Source: Gemmatimonadales bacterium (GTDB taxonomy: Bacteria > Gemmatimonadota > Gemmatimonadetes > Gemmatimonadales > GWC2-71-9). From it: a stretch of 64,000 nt of DNA. A program made the position numbers and the translations under genes. Where the stretch lies: positions 32,001-96,000 of the forward strand of contig JBFGJG010000006.1 of NCBI GenBank assembly GCA_041577295.1, read 5' to 3'. Shown piece after piece: positions 19,681 to 29,995 of this stretch. Under the pieces are notes generated by a model. It made no database searches, had not been told where the DNA came from, and saw only the letters and a program-made list of their open reading frames with translations. The stretch's first letter is position 1, and every line of letters begins with the position of its first letter.

Positions 19681-20874
19681 TTAGGCGGGGATCGGGGTTC
19701 CTCGGATCAGAGCGATCCGCTCGATTGCCTCCCCGATCTTGTTGTTGGGCGTCGAGGCTCCAGCGGTAATACCGATCGTGCTCACCCCAGCGAGCCAGTC
19801 TTCGTTGCGCTTCTCGGACTCACGATCGATCGGCTTGAAGCTGATATGACCGGAGTCGGTATCGATGCAAGAAGCGTCCGCGATGTGGTAGGTCGTGACC
19901 TTTGCAGCGCAGATCTTAGCCAGATGATTGGTATTGCTCGAATTGTAGCCGCCGATCACGATCATGGCGTCCAACGGCTCCTCGATGAGCTCGAGCACCG
20001 CATCCTGTCGCTCCTGCGTCGCTGAACAAATCGTGTCGAACGTGCGGAAGTGTTCCTCCAAATGTTCGGCACCGAAGCGCGTGGCCAGCGCCTCTCCGAT
20101 CTGCCGGCCGATGGCCAGTGACTCGTTGGCGAGCATGGTGGTTTGGTTTGCGACCCCGATCCGCGTCAGATCCTGACCAAAATCGAAGCGCTCTGAAACC
20201 TTGTGACCGAATGTCCGTTCTACGTCTTCGCGATTAGCACCGCTCGCCACGAAGCTGCATAGCAATTTGGCCTCCGCCATATCCCGAACGATGAGGTACT
20301 TACCGCCCGGATACTTTGCCACCTGGCTCACGGTTGCCTTGGTCTCCTCGTGGTAGTGCTTCCCGTGCACCACGGCGGTGAAGCCCTCCTTCGCGTACCG
20401 CTCCACTCGCTTCCAGACATTGAGGACCGACCCACACGTCGTGTCGACGAGGAGGCAACCATTATCACGCAGCAGGTCGAAGTCGCTCTTGCGGACGCCG
20501 AACGCTGGAAGCACCACGACATCGTCCGCGGTGACGCCCGCGAAGTCGAAGTTGCCATCCTCTCGTGGTCTCAGAATGACGATGCCCTGCGTTTCGAGCT
20601 TGGCATTGACGTGCGGATTGTGGATGATCTCTCCCACGAGGAATATGCGTCGGCCAGGAAATTTGGTACGTGTCTGGTACGCATACTCCACCGCTCGATC
20701 AACGCCGTAGCAGAAGCCAAACTCCTTGGCCAGCCGAAAGGTGAGATCTTCGAGATGTAGCGTGCCCTCTTGGGCACGAATTCGCTCGACGAGCTTACTG
20801 TGGTAGTCGGCGGTAAGCTCACCGGCCACCTCGCCTCCGAGGCCGAATCCCTTACGAAAGTAGGTCTGTTCCAT
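19681..20874 (-). CDS. ispH: 4-hydroxy-3-methylbut-2-enyl diphosphate reductase
   Basis: FGFCYGVDRA, IIHNP, DTTC, HEET, NQTT, TICSATQERQ, SSNT, GITAGASTP. Confidence 0.95.
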   Translation of the reverse strand: MEQTYFRKGFGLGGEVAGELTADYHSKLVERIRAQEGTLHLEDLTFRLAKEFGFCYGVDRAVEYAYQTRTKFPGRRIFLVGEIIHNPHVNAKLETQGIVILRPREDGNFDFAGVTADDVVVLPAFGVRKSDFDLLRDNGCLLVDTTCGSVLNVWKRVERYAKEGFTAVVHGKHYHEETKATVSQVAKYPGGKYLIVRDMAEAKLLCSFVASGANREDVERTFGHKVSERFDFGQDLTRIGVANQTTMLANESLAIGRQIGEALATRFGAEHLEEHFRTFDTICSATQERQDAVLELIEEPLDAMIVIGGYNSSNTNHLAKICAAKVTTYHIADASCIDTDSGHISFKPIDRESEKRNEDWLAGVSTIGITAGASTPNNKIGEAIERIALIRGTPIPA

Positions 20875-20940
20875 TGCTCAACAATCTAATCGCACGACAG
20901 AGCGCGGGCATTTGGCGTTGCGGCTTGATGAGCACTCTGA

Positions 20941-21609
20941 CTAGGGCCGGCTGGGCGTTCTCGAGGGGGTAGAGTCCCGCGGCACGGGCCGCCCCTCCAG
21001 AATCGCCTGACAGTCCTCGACGCTCCCAGAGCCGACAGGCACCCGGTGGAATACGCCCACGTACCGGAGGCTATCGAGCGAATCGACTTCCTTGAGGGTG
21101 ACGGCGAACTGACCGGTGGTCTCTACGTCGAGCCTCTCGAGCGTGGCGGTGCCATTGGCGGCGCGAAACGCTCGGATGCCGCCATCCGGTGTCAATTGGA
21201 CTCCGAGTTGCACTGAAGGCGGTCGACCGAAGCCGCTATCCACCGAGACAACACGGTAGCTGGCGGCCACTGCTGCTAACGAGTCGAGTTGATAAAGGAG
21301 GATCGTACCCACGTGCTCATCACCTGCCACGACCTGGAGAGCGGGTGGATTCTCGCATCGGGTGGCGCGGGCACGCCAAACACCACTGACGGTGTCGACG
21401 CCACCGGCACTGCGACCGCTCAAGCGTCCAGTGCGCGATGGCGGGGGCTCGGGCATCGGGGGGAGGGGCTTAGCCTGAGGCAGAGGAAGCTCGCTCTCCC
21501 TCGCCTCGGCTTCCTCCTGGGCGGTTACGTCCGGATCTGGTGGTTCCTCCGATCTGTTGCAGCCCAGCACCAACATCGCGATCACGAGAGCAGCCAGCCG
21601 GCTAGTCAT
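20941..21609 (-). CDS. Hypothetical lipoprotein
   Basis: MTSRLAALVIAMLVLG-C lipobox followed by a Pro-rich linker. Overlaps the thioesterase stop. Confidence 0.65.
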   Translation of the reverse strand: MTSRLAALVIAMLVLGCNRSEEPPDPDVTAQEEAEARESELPLPQAKPLPPMPEPPPSRTGRLSGRSAGGVDTVSGVWRARATRCENPPALQVVAGDEHVGTILLYQLDSLAAVAASYRVVSVDSGFGRPPSVQLGVQLTPDGGIRAFRAANGTATLERLDVETTGQFAVTLKEVDSLDSLRYVGVFHRVPVGSGSVEDCQAILEGRPVPRDSTPSRTPSRP

Positions 21610-22075
21610 CCACCGAACCCGTGTCGATGCCAAGCGCTCTGCGAGCGGTCGCCTGTGACAGCGTGAACGGCTCCAGTTGCTCACGGAGATCACCGGGCAA
21701 AGGCTTGGGACGCAGGGTGTCGCGTCCCGTGCATACCAGGACTTCGTTTGCGGTGGCAGCGAGCCGTTGTGCGCCGAGGTGGAGTACGTCAAAGTTGATG
21801 CGTATCGAGCTCGACCCAAACTGGGTGAAATACGCAGCCACACGTAACTGATCGTCTAACCGTGCCGGGTGGACAAAGTCACAGTCGAAATGCACCCGCG
21901 GAAGCCAGATATTGAACCGATCGAAGACTTCGCTATACGGAAGACCGGCTGCGCGGAACAGCTCTGTCTCTGCAATCTCAAAGAAACGGACGTACGCGCC
22001 ATAAAAGATGATTCCCGCGAAATCGACATCGGACCAGCGGACGTACTCGTCGATGACAAAGGGTCGCCGTGACAT
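21602..22075 (-). CDS. Acyl-CoA thioesterase (YbgC/4HBT hot-dog family)
   Basis: VRWSDVDFAGIIFYGAYVRFFEIAE, PARLDD. Confidence 0.9.
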   Translation of the reverse strand: MSRRPFVIDEYVRWSDVDFAGIIFYGAYVRFFEIAETELFRAAGLPYSEVFDRFNIWLPRVHFDCDFVHPARLDDQLRVAAYFTQFGSSSIRINFDVLHLGAQRLAATANEVLVCTGRDTLRPKPLPGDLREQLEPFTLSQATARRALGIDTGSVDD

Positions 22076-22147
22076 CCGCGGGAAGCTAGGTGGAGCACAC
22101 TGCGGGCGCCACTGGTCGTCCGCCCCTTCTCTCGAGGACACACGCTT

Positions 22148-23512
22148 ATGGTAGATAGCTGGCAATCCGAGCCCTGGGAGCACCTCCACAGGCTGCTGGA
22201 AACCGATCCCGAGCAAGTGGTTTCGTTCCTCGACTCGCTCCCCCCCAGCGAGACCGCCCGAACCCTGTCTCGGTTACCGGAGCACGAGCAGGCCCGGCTG
22301 CTCGAGGTGATCGGCCCCACCCGGGCTGCGTCACTCCTCGAGCATCTGTCGGACGCCCAAGCGACGGAGATCATCGAAGAGCTTCCGTCCGAACACGCCG
22401 CCGCAATCGTCGAGGCACTGCCGAGTGCGGAGAAGGCCGATTTGTTGTCAGGCCTCGAGGTCGATGAGGCCGAGGCCATCCTGCAGCAACTCGAGCCTGA
22501 CGTTGCGAGTGACACCCGTCGCTTGCTGCAGTACCTCCCGGATACCGCGGGCGGCATCATGCTCACCGAATACCTCAGCTTCCCCGATACCCTGACAGTC
22601 GCCCATGTCGTAGCGGACCTGCGGGCGCACGGAGACCAGTACTCGGATTACGCCATTCAATACACGTACATCGTCGATGAGGCGGGTCATCTGGCCGGCG
22701 TGCTACGAGTCCGTGACCTGCTGCTGTCGCGTGGCCACGAGCGTATCCGCAACCTGATGGTTCCTAATCCGTTGCACGCTCGGGTCGATACTCCGCTCGA
22801 TGATCTCAAGCAGCTGTTTGACGAGCATGCATTCTTGGGCATGCCGGTGACCGACGAGTTCGACAAGCTCGTGGGAGTGGTTCGACGCGCAGCCGTTGAA
22901 GAGGCTCTCGGTGAGCGGGCCACTGCGACCTATCTCAAGTTGAGCGGTCTGTTTGGAGAGGAAGAGCTCCGAACCATGCCGATCCCGCAGCGCGCAGTAC
23001 GACGTCTCTCGTGGTTGTCTCTCAACATCGGCCTCAACATCGTCGCCGCGAGCGTCATCGCCTTCTACCAGGACACCTTGGCGGCCGTGATCGCCCTCGC
23101 CGTCTTTCTGCCAATCATTTCCGATATGAGTGGCTGCTCGGGCAATCAGGCAGTAGCCGTAAGCATTCGTGAGTTGGCGCTCGGTCTCGTGAAACCGTAC
23201 GAATTCATGCGGGTTCTGTTCAAGGAGGGTGGCGTGGGAATCATCAACGGAGCGGCGCTTGGGCTGTTGTTGGGAACGGTAGCGTTCCTCTGGCAGGGTA
23301 ACCCATTTTTCGGATTGGTGGTGGGAGCGGCCCTGTTCCTGAATACCGTGGTCTCAGTCTTGATGGGCGGACTGGTTCCGCTATTTCTGAAAGGGTTGCG
23401 CCTCGATCCCGCGGTCGCCTCGGGACCGATTCTCACGACAGTGACGGACATGTGCGGCTTCTTCCTGGTCCTCAGCCTCGCGAGCGCGATGCTTCCTCGC
23501 CTGGCGGGTTGA
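22148..23512 (+). CDS. mgtE: Magnesium transporter MgtE
   Basis: N-domain repeats, YxxDTAGGIM CBS pair, MSGCSGNQ, DPAVASGPILTTVTD. Confidence 0.95.
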   Translation: MVDSWQSEPWEHLHRLLETDPEQVVSFLDSLPPSETARTLSRLPEHEQARLLEVIGPTRAASLLEHLSDAQATEIIEELPSEHAAAIVEALPSAEKADLLSGLEVDEAEAILQQLEPDVASDTRRLLQYLPDTAGGIMLTEYLSFPDTLTVAHVVADLRAHGDQYSDYAIQYTYIVDEAGHLAGVLRVRDLLLSRGHERIRNLMVPNPLHARVDTPLDDLKQLFDEHAFLGMPVTDEFDKLVGVVRRAAVEEALGERATATYLKLSGLFGEEELRTMPIPQRAVRRLSWLSLNIGLNIVAASVIAFYQDTLAAVIALAVFLPIISDMSGCSGNQAVAVSIRELALGLVKPYEFMRVLFKEGGVGIINGAALGLLLGTVAFLWQGNPFFGLVVGAALFLNTVVSVLMGGLVPLFLKGLRLDPAVASGPILTTVTDMCGFFLVLSLASAMLPRLAG

Positions 23513-23552
23513 CGGGCAACCATGCATCGCTGGTCCTTGGTATTATCCGCAT

Positions 23553-23879
23553 ATGGCACTCGTTTTCGCACTTCTGCTCGTCGCCGTGGTCGCGGTCGTT
23601 TGGTACTTAATCGAGAAGCCGCAGCGCCGGGACTTTTGGAAGTTGGCTGCTCGACACCCAGACAACGCATACGACTGGTTCATCTCCCACGAGGGGTGGA
23701 TCGTGGTGGACCCAGAGACGGGACGGGCTCAGCCACCGCGTGGCCCCGAGTACACGGGCCCCTTCGTCTTGTGGGTTCCCAAACTCGGCGGGCGACGTGT
23801 GTTGGTCTACGGGAAGCAGAGCGAGGTTGAGCAATCGCAGGAGGCATTCATTCGGGTTTTCGGACCTTACGGTGAATGA
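23553..23879 (+). CDS. Hypothetical membrane-anchored protein
   Basis: N-terminal TM segment, 108 aa, fills the gap after mgtE. Confidence 0.6.
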   Translation: MALVFALLLVAVVAVVWYLIEKPQRRDFWKLAARHPDNAYDWFISHEGWIVVDPETGRAQPPRGPEYTGPFVLWVPKLGGRRVLVYGKQSEVEQSQEAFIRVFGPYGE

Positions 23880-23896
23880 CGACCGGGTGCCGCTCC

Positions 23897-26065
23897 TCAT
23901 CGCGGAACGCGAACGAAGATATCGAAGCGCGGCCGCGTTGTCGGTCTCACACCGAAGGACAGATCGAACCGAACCCACCCGTTGAGAGCGGAGGCGCCGA
24001 GTCCCATCCCAGCCAGCGGGCCGGTTGGCGAAGCGGTCAGCCCAGTCCCGTGATGCGTGTCGGCCACATCGGCGAAAAGCACGGGAACCACCCACTCACC
24101 TCGCGTCAGTTCGATCTCCGTTTGTATTGCCCACAGGACGCGACCGCGGCGCACCCCGTACGCGTGTCCCCGCACCGTCGCTGGCCCTCCGGCACGAAAC
24201 TGGAGTTGCGGAAGCGACTCCCCGACAACCGCACCGCCGCGAAGTCCCAATAATCCCTCTCTCCCGGCCACCGTGAAAGGAAGGGTGGCCGCCAACCAGA
24301 CCCGACCTCCGGCGTCGGTGCCCAAAAGGCCGTCTGCACCGACCTGAAGGGCCGACCTGCCAACCTCGACGACGTGCGACGCGTGGGCCACCACGTAATC
24401 GCCCTCCGCAATTTCCGGGTTTGATTGAAACGAACCACTTCCGAGCAAGAGATCGTTGATCGCCGACCCCGAAACGACCCCCATACTCCGCTGCCGCTCG
24501 AAGCCGATCTGGATATAGACGTCCTCGAAAGCACCCGCTCTCGCGAGCCCAGCGACACGCGCACCGAGGCCGAGATAGTAGTCCGCGTCGTCATGACCCA
24601 GGAGCAGACCACGCAGTGTATTTCCAAACGTCGTACCTGAAGTCCAAGGGTCCGTGTCCATCACATCTCGATACCCAGAAAGCGACCAACGTGCTGCCGG
24701 GGCGTTACGCTCCAATCGGATCCTGCCGGTCGGACGCTCATCACCGAACCCAAAACGACCGGCGATGTTCACTGTTGTGAATCGCCACGCGTGGAGACCG
24801 TATTCGTACCCCAAGGACGGACCCTGCACTCGATTGAAACGAAAGACCTTCGTGGCGCGATATAGATCCATGAGCGGTGGGGGCCGGTGCCACGAGCGCT
24901 GGGGGAGACCTTCAGAGAGTGCCGCTAGCACGCCAAGGCGCTCGTTGAGGAATTCCCGCGGATCTTCTGGAACGGGCCTGTCTGTCGCACCGAAGTCGAA
25001 CGCAAGAAGCGAATCGACCGGTGGCACCACGAGCTCCCAACGGCCCCCGCTCTGCTCTTCCGACTTGGTGTATCCCCGCGCGCCACACTGTTCGCCAGTG
25101 TGGTCATCCCATTCGTGTGAGAACGGTTCACAATTCCAGCCAGCACCAGAGCGAGCCAGCGAATAGTCGGTCGTCTCAAGCACCAGGGGCGTCGCCACGT
25201 TCACCTCGTAGTCCGCAAACGTCGTGACCGCCGTTGCCGGCATGACCGCGCCACCTAGTTTTTGATATCTGAATGTCGCAGCGACCAGTTGACGCCTGGG
25301 AAGCCAAAATCGGCCGTGATGCAGCGCGTACTCGAGATCGACCTCAACGGTGACGAGCTCAGGTACATCCGGATCGGCATCCCACAGGTTTGCACCGGTA
25401 AACGTGCCGATGAGGCGCACGACATCGAGACTGTCCGCGTCCAGCCAAATGTCACCAAAGATCAACATGGGTCCATACAGTTTTGGCTCGATGCGAACAG
25501 CAACCGCACGGACTACTCGCCCGGGCAGTCGCAGCGTAACGGAGTCGCGCCCTCGATATCGGTAGAACCGGTCGGCTTCCGGAGAGAGCGGGTGGATCGC
25601 CGGTTCGTCGGGTATGCCAATCACGCGGATTTCATCCCTCAACGCTTGGGGCGCAAACCACGGCTCCGAGGTGAACACCTCAGTCCAGAAACCGGCGGCC
25701 TGCTTGGAGCCCCTTATGCCTGGGATACGTGGACCACGGACTCGGGCGCCGCGAACCGCGACTTGTAGATCGTTGGGACGTCGCCAACGCACGTCTGCGA
25801 TTGTTTCGTAGTCGATGAGCCGCAGCCCGTCGTCGAACCGTCCCCAGCCGATGCGTCCTTCGACTCGTGTACGCACCTTGGCCGTGTAGTCATGCAACGC
25901 CGAATCGTGTTGCAAATGCCGCCGTTGGGCGCGCCGAACGAGCAACTCCGTCGCACTATTGCCGAAGGTCGAGGTATCTAGGGGAGGGCTTCGCTGCGCG
26001 TGCGCGGTCGATACTCCAACGACCAGCTGCCAACTCAGACCGATCCCGATAAGGACTCTGCGCAC
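23897..26065 (-). CDS. Putative outer-membrane beta-barrel protein with N-terminal soluble domain (DUF5686-like)
   Basis: Signal peptide from GTG 26065 (STAHA-Q); FNRVQG motif; amphipathic strands; GGPATVRG and PVLFADV reminiscent of Omp85 barrels. Confidence 0.6.
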   Translation of the reverse strand: MRRVLIGIGLSWQLVVGVSTAHAQRSPPLDTSTFGNSATELLVRRAQRRHLQHDSALHDYTAKVRTRVEGRIGWGRFDDGLRLIDYETIADVRWRRPNDLQVAVRGARVRGPRIPGIRGSKQAAGFWTEVFTSEPWFAPQALRDEIRVIGIPDEPAIHPLSPEADRFYRYRGRDSVTLRLPGRVVRAVAVRIEPKLYGPMLIFGDIWLDADSLDVVRLIGTFTGANLWDADPDVPELVTVEVDLEYALHHGRFWLPRRQLVAATFRYQKLGGAVMPATAVTTFADYEVNVATPLVLETTDYSLARSGAGWNCEPFSHEWDDHTGEQCGARGYTKSEEQSGGRWELVVPPVDSLLAFDFGATDRPVPEDPREFLNERLGVLAALSEGLPQRSWHRPPPLMDLYRATKVFRFNRVQGPSLGYEYGLHAWRFTTVNIAGRFGFGDERPTGRIRLERNAPAARWSLSGYRDVMDTDPWTSGTTFGNTLRGLLLGHDDADYYLGLGARVAGLARAGAFEDVYIQIGFERQRSMGVVSGSAINDLLLGSGSFQSNPEIAEGDYVVAHASHVVEVGRSALQVGADGLLGTDAGGRVWLAATLPFTVAGREGLLGLRGGAVVGESLPQLQFRAGGPATVRGHAYGVRRGRVLWAIQTEIELTRGEWVVPVLFADVADTHHGTGLTASPTGPLAGMGLGASALNGWVRFDLSFGVRPTTRPRFDIFVRVPR

Positions 26066-26222
26066 TGAGCAGCCTTGGGCCAGGTGTCCGGCAGAACGGA
26101 GCCGGGTGGACTCGGTCGACGCTTGGTGCTCCACGCAAAGCAGTACGACCGGTCTGGCCGACCAGTTTCGACTGCCCGCGGGCCGTGTTAGCTGAGTACG
26201 GCGGTGAGGTGACTAGGCCTTG

Positions 26223-26711
26223 CTAGGAAGACCAAGCACGCTGGCGTTCCCGCGTCAGTCCGTACGCTTTGAGACGGCGCCAGAGGGTTGTTCGCGAGAT
26301 GCCCAACCGCTTGGCGCTCTCGGTCAATTTCCAACCGGTTGACTCGAGCGTTTCCAGGATGGCCTGCCGCTCGCGCTCGGCCAACGTTCCGATGGACGGG
26401 TCCTGATCCGACAGGCAGGCAGCCTCTCCTAGCGTCGAATCTCCGACGCGAATCGGGGCAAGGCGCGCTCCCTGGCGAAGGAGGAATGCCCGCAAAGCGC
26501 CATCGTCATTTCGGACAGGAGCACCCAGTTGATCGATGAGCGATCGGCCAGACTGGTTTGCGTACACGAGGTTCCCACGTGAGTCAAAGACGACGACACC
26601 TTCGTTCACCGTATCCAGTACGGCACGGACCAGCGGTGTAAAAGCAGTAGGCAGCACCAAAGCAGCGTTTCCAGGTGGCGGTATATCCGAGGTTACGCCA
26701 GAGACGCCCAA
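26223..26711 (-). CDS. PAS-like plus Fis-type HTH protein
   Basis: VLDTVNEGVVVFD...YAN followed by ERQAILETLE...SAKRLGISRTTLWRRLKAYG. Start uncertain. Confidence 0.75.
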   Translation of the reverse strand: MGVSGVTSDIPPPGNAALVLPTAFTPLVRAVLDTVNEGVVVFDSRGNLVYANQSGRSLIDQLGAPVRNDDGALRAFLLRQGARLAPIRVGDSTLGEAACLSDQDPSIGTLAERERQAILETLESTGWKLTESAKRLGISRTTLWRRLKAYGLTRERQRAWSS

Positions 26712-26808
26712 AAGTTTCGTCCCGAGATCTGCTCCTGTGTGGGCCCCGTGCTGACCGTACAGCCGGCCAGATTCGCCGTGGGTGGCCGTGGCAGTACGCT
26801 CGCCCTAT

Positions 26809-26826
26809 ATTGGCCGACCGGACAAT
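26809..26826. promoter_or_regulatory. Probable TetR autoregulatory operator
   Basis: Imperfect palindrome ATTGGCCGACCGGACAAT overlapping TATATT (26806-26811), 11 bp before the TetR ATG. Confidence 0.55.
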
Positions 26827-26837
26827 CAGGGGAGCGT

Positions 26838-27416
26838 ATGGCTGGTAAGTCAGAAGCGTCGCGGGATGGAATCATATCGGCCGCTCTGGCCGTGGTCAGG
26901 GACAAGGGGGCTGTCGGCCTCACAATCGAGCAGGTGGCGCGTCACGCCGGGTGCGCGAAAGGGCTCGTTCACTACCACCTCAAGACCAAACAGGATTTGC
27001 TCGAGGCAGTCGCCAACCGGCTGCTCGACGAGCGGACCGCCGCCTGGTCGGGTGCGTTCCGTGCCCCCTCACCCAACGATGCGATCGCGGCGACGTGGGG
27101 GGTCCTGCGCCGAGAATCGGACAACGGTACCGTCCGTGCTTGGATCTCGCTCCTCGGATCGGGATCCTTGACTGACCAGACGGCCAAGTTAGTCGTGGGC
27201 CGATTCACCGGCTCGCTAGGAGAGGCGGCAATGGGTCTGCTCGAGCATCTCGGTCTTCGGCTGTCGATCGGACGAGCAGAGCTTGGGTGGCTCTTGGGTT
27301 CCGTAGTCGAAGGGATGGGCTTGGAGCTGCTGGCGGGCGGAGACCAGGCGGAAATGGAGGAGGCGTACGCTGCCGCCTGGCTTGGTGTCCTGTCACTGAC
27401 GAGGGAGGCGCGGTGA
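26838..27416 (+). CDS. TetR/AcrR family regulator
   Basis: LTIEQVARHAGCAKGLVHYHLKTKQDLL; GGGGAG RBS. Confidence 0.9.
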   Translation: MAGKSEASRDGIISAALAVVRDKGAVGLTIEQVARHAGCAKGLVHYHLKTKQDLLEAVANRLLDERTAAWSGAFRAPSPNDAIAATWGVLRRESDNGTVRAWISLLGSGSLTDQTAKLVVGRFTGSLGEAAMGLLEHLGLRLSIGRAELGWLLGSVVEGMGLELLAGGDQAEMEEAYAAAWLGVLSLTREAR

Positions 27417-27421
27417 CGTCC

Positions 27422-29971
27422 CTAAAACCTTCGCCCGCGCCGACGGCGTCTTCCCTGACGAGGGAGGCGTGCCAGCCCCCTGGCTAACTCGTCGAGGCTC
27501 GCGGCTCGGATCACCTCGCGCTTCCCGCGCACCACGCTGAGCCGGAGGGGACGACCCACCTGGGGTAAGTCCCGTTTCCGGAGCCTGCGTGCCTGCCCCT
27601 CCCGGAGTTTGAGACGCGCGACCGCTTGCCCCCCTTCGATGTCGTACACCAGGGGGATGCGATCCCCGAGAACCATGGCCGAGCTAGGCAGCGCGTCCAG
27701 GCTCTCTCGTACCCCTGCCGGAATCAGCGCATCGACCTCGAGCTCCAGGGCTGTATCTAGGAACCCACTCCAGCTGTCTACGTCACGCAACTGATCACGC
27801 AGGAGATCGCGTGACACACCCGGTTGCGCGGTTTCCAAAGTTCCGCCCGACCGACGCCAGTACTCGTCAATCCGGGCGGCGGCGCGGAGAATCGCGTTCT
27901 GGGTCGGATGGGGAGTGAGCCCCGCGAGCAGAGCATCGACAAGGGCTTCTCTTGCCTGTTCCCTAAGCTCCACAGGGAAGTCACCGACCAGCGGTCGCCG
28001 TTCCTGATCCAGGACGAAGCCGAAGTACTCGGTGCGCTGCGTGACGACCAGCCCAGCACGGCGCCGCCCATTGCGAAATTCCACTGTTGGATCGCTCGGG
28101 GTTGCGTACCGTCGAATCAAGCGAAACGGAATGTTGGAGCCCTCGACAACGGCACGGGGAACCCCAAACTTGTCCGCGAAGTAGCGGAGGGTGCCTGCCA
28201 CCGCCCCATGAGGGTTACACGTCGAAGAATCGGACACCCGTACCCGCTCGCCATCGGCCGTTTCGTTCTCAATCACCAAGTCAAAAGGCATGACTCGCGC
28301 GACGAGATCGGCAAACCGGTGCGCCGTGCCGCGGTTGGCCAACGGGAGCTCGGCGGGGAGCGAGATCTCGAGTGTTCGGTAGACGGAGGCCAACCCGAGG
28401 GCCACATCCTCGATGGCTTTCACCAATACCCCTCGCTCCTCGGCCCATGCATCCACGGACTCATCGAACAGATGACGGGGCAGCCCGTACACTTCCCCGC
28501 GATATCCAAACCTGTTTACGGCCTCTGCAAACAGATTGTAGGCGGTGAGATGATCGCTCCCGTGCACGATGAGCCCGCGCAGATCGGGATCATCACGGGT
28601 CATCCGATGCAACGACTCGATGTTGGCCGCAACGGCCACGTACGGCAGGAGATCATCTTCGGCATGGACCAGCAGCTCGCCCCATTGCCGTTCCACCGGC
28701 ATCGCTTCGACGTCGCGTCCGTAAGGCGTCAAGCGGTTTCCCTCGAGGATTCCCCTTTTCGCCAGACGGTAAACGGTGGCCTCATACGCCCTTCGGTCGA
28801 GGGGCACCGGTAGCTCGAGTTGGCTGAGGTCGATACCGAGTGCACCCGCGGTCAACGCCACCCGCTCGGAGTCGCCCGCGAGCTGGAACTCCGGCGGACC
28901 GGGCCGCAACTCCGCGAACACGATGTCACGATCCGTCAGAATGTAGACCTCTCCCTCCGGTACACGCCCGTGTACCCGTCCCGCCATCTGCAGGATTTCG
29001 TTCGCGCCAAGATATTGGCGCGTCAGGACGTTCCGGCCACGATCGATGATGTTCCCGTAACGGGCATCGTAGATCACCACCGTGTCTAAGCCGCGGATGT
29101 TCAGAGCCGATTGACCAGCCTGGGTCATCGACAGGACAAAGGGCTTTGCTGCAGTGCCGTCGAGGAAGGGACGAATGACACGGATTGGCTCTCCGCCATG
29201 GTAGAACGCCGCATTGAGGTTCATCCACTGGTCCCCGAGCACTGCGGCGACCTGCTCCACCTCTGCACGCGTTGGGAGAAAGACCGCGACACCTCGGGCG
29301 TGTCGGACGACCCGACGCACGAACTTGTCATCGAGAAAGTCGAGCGGCTTGCGCATATGCGTGGAAACGCGTGCCGCGAGCGTTGGATCGAACGCTGTCG
29401 TTTCCAATACCTCGGCGGATTCCAAGTACTCGGCGTAGAACGCCGGATCCACCGTCGCGGACAGCCAGATGAAACGGCAGCTCAGGCGCTTACCGAGAGC
29501 AAGACAGAGCTCGAGCTCTGCCGAGGTCTGATGAATCTCGTCTACCACGATAGTGTCGTGCGGGTCGATGAGATCGTCCTGGAACCAACGGCGTGCGATT
29601 CCGGTGGTGACGATCACAACGTTCCAGCTTGGTGTCTCGGGTGTCGCCTCGCGCTCACGATTCACCACCCCAACGCGAAGGGGCACGCCGAGAATCTCCT
29701 CAGCGATCAATCGAATGCCGAGCGTCTTGCCCGTCCCTGTGGCGGCAACGATACCGAATCCGAGTCCGCGATGGGCGAGATCTCGCATCTCATCGCCGTG
29801 CTCGCGCTCGAGCACCGTCGAAAGGCGGAGTGACATGGCGAGCTCGATGGTCTCGCAGGCAGCGCGCGTGGGAGCAATTACGATGACGCGCCCGGTCGCC
29901 GGTTCAGCCCGACGAAAGGCATCCGGATCGGGCGGAAGGTAGTGGTCGCGGATATGGTGATGAGGGCTCAT
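27422..29971 (-). CDS. DExH-box helicase (divergent HrpA/HrpB-like)
   Basis: TGTGKT, DEIH, SAT, VFLPTRAEV, QMAGRVHG. Confidence 0.8.
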   Translation of the reverse strand: MSPHHHIRDHYLPPDPDAFRRAEPATGRVIVIAPTRAACETIELAMSLRLSTVLEREHGDEMRDLAHRGLGFGIVAATGTGKTLGIRLIAEEILGVPLRVGVVNREREATPETPSWNVVIVTTGIARRWFQDDLIDPHDTIVVDEIHQTSAELELCLALGKRLSCRFIWLSATVDPAFYAEYLESAEVLETTAFDPTLAARVSTHMRKPLDFLDDKFVRRVVRHARGVAVFLPTRAEVEQVAAVLGDQWMNLNAAFYHGGEPIRVIRPFLDGTAAKPFVLSMTQAGQSALNIRGLDTVVIYDARYGNIIDRGRNVLTRQYLGANEILQMAGRVHGRVPEGEVYILTDRDIVFAELRPGPPEFQLAGDSERVALTAGALGIDLSQLELPVPLDRRAYEATVYRLAKRGILEGNRLTPYGRDVEAMPVERQWGELLVHAEDDLLPYVAVAANIESLHRMTRDDPDLRGLIVHGSDHLTAYNLFAEAVNRFGYRGEVYGLPRHLFDESVDAWAEERGVLVKAIEDVALGLASVYRTLEISLPAELPLANRGTAHRFADLVARVMPFDLVIENETADGERVRVSDSSTCNPHGAVAGTLRYFADKFGVPRAVVEGSNIPFRLIRRYATPSDPTVEFRNGRRRAGLVVTQRTEYFGFVLDQERRPLVGDFPVELREQAREALVDALLAGLTPHPTQNAILRAAARIDEYWRRSGGTLETAQPGVSRDLLRDQLRDVDSWSGFLDTALELEVDALIPAGVRESLDALPSSAMVLGDRIPLVYDIEGGQAVARLKLREGQARRLRKRDLPQVGRPLRLSVVRGKREVIRAASLDELARGLARLPRQGRRRRRGRRF

Positions 29972-29995
29972 TGGCTCGGCAAGCGGCAGGTTCCT

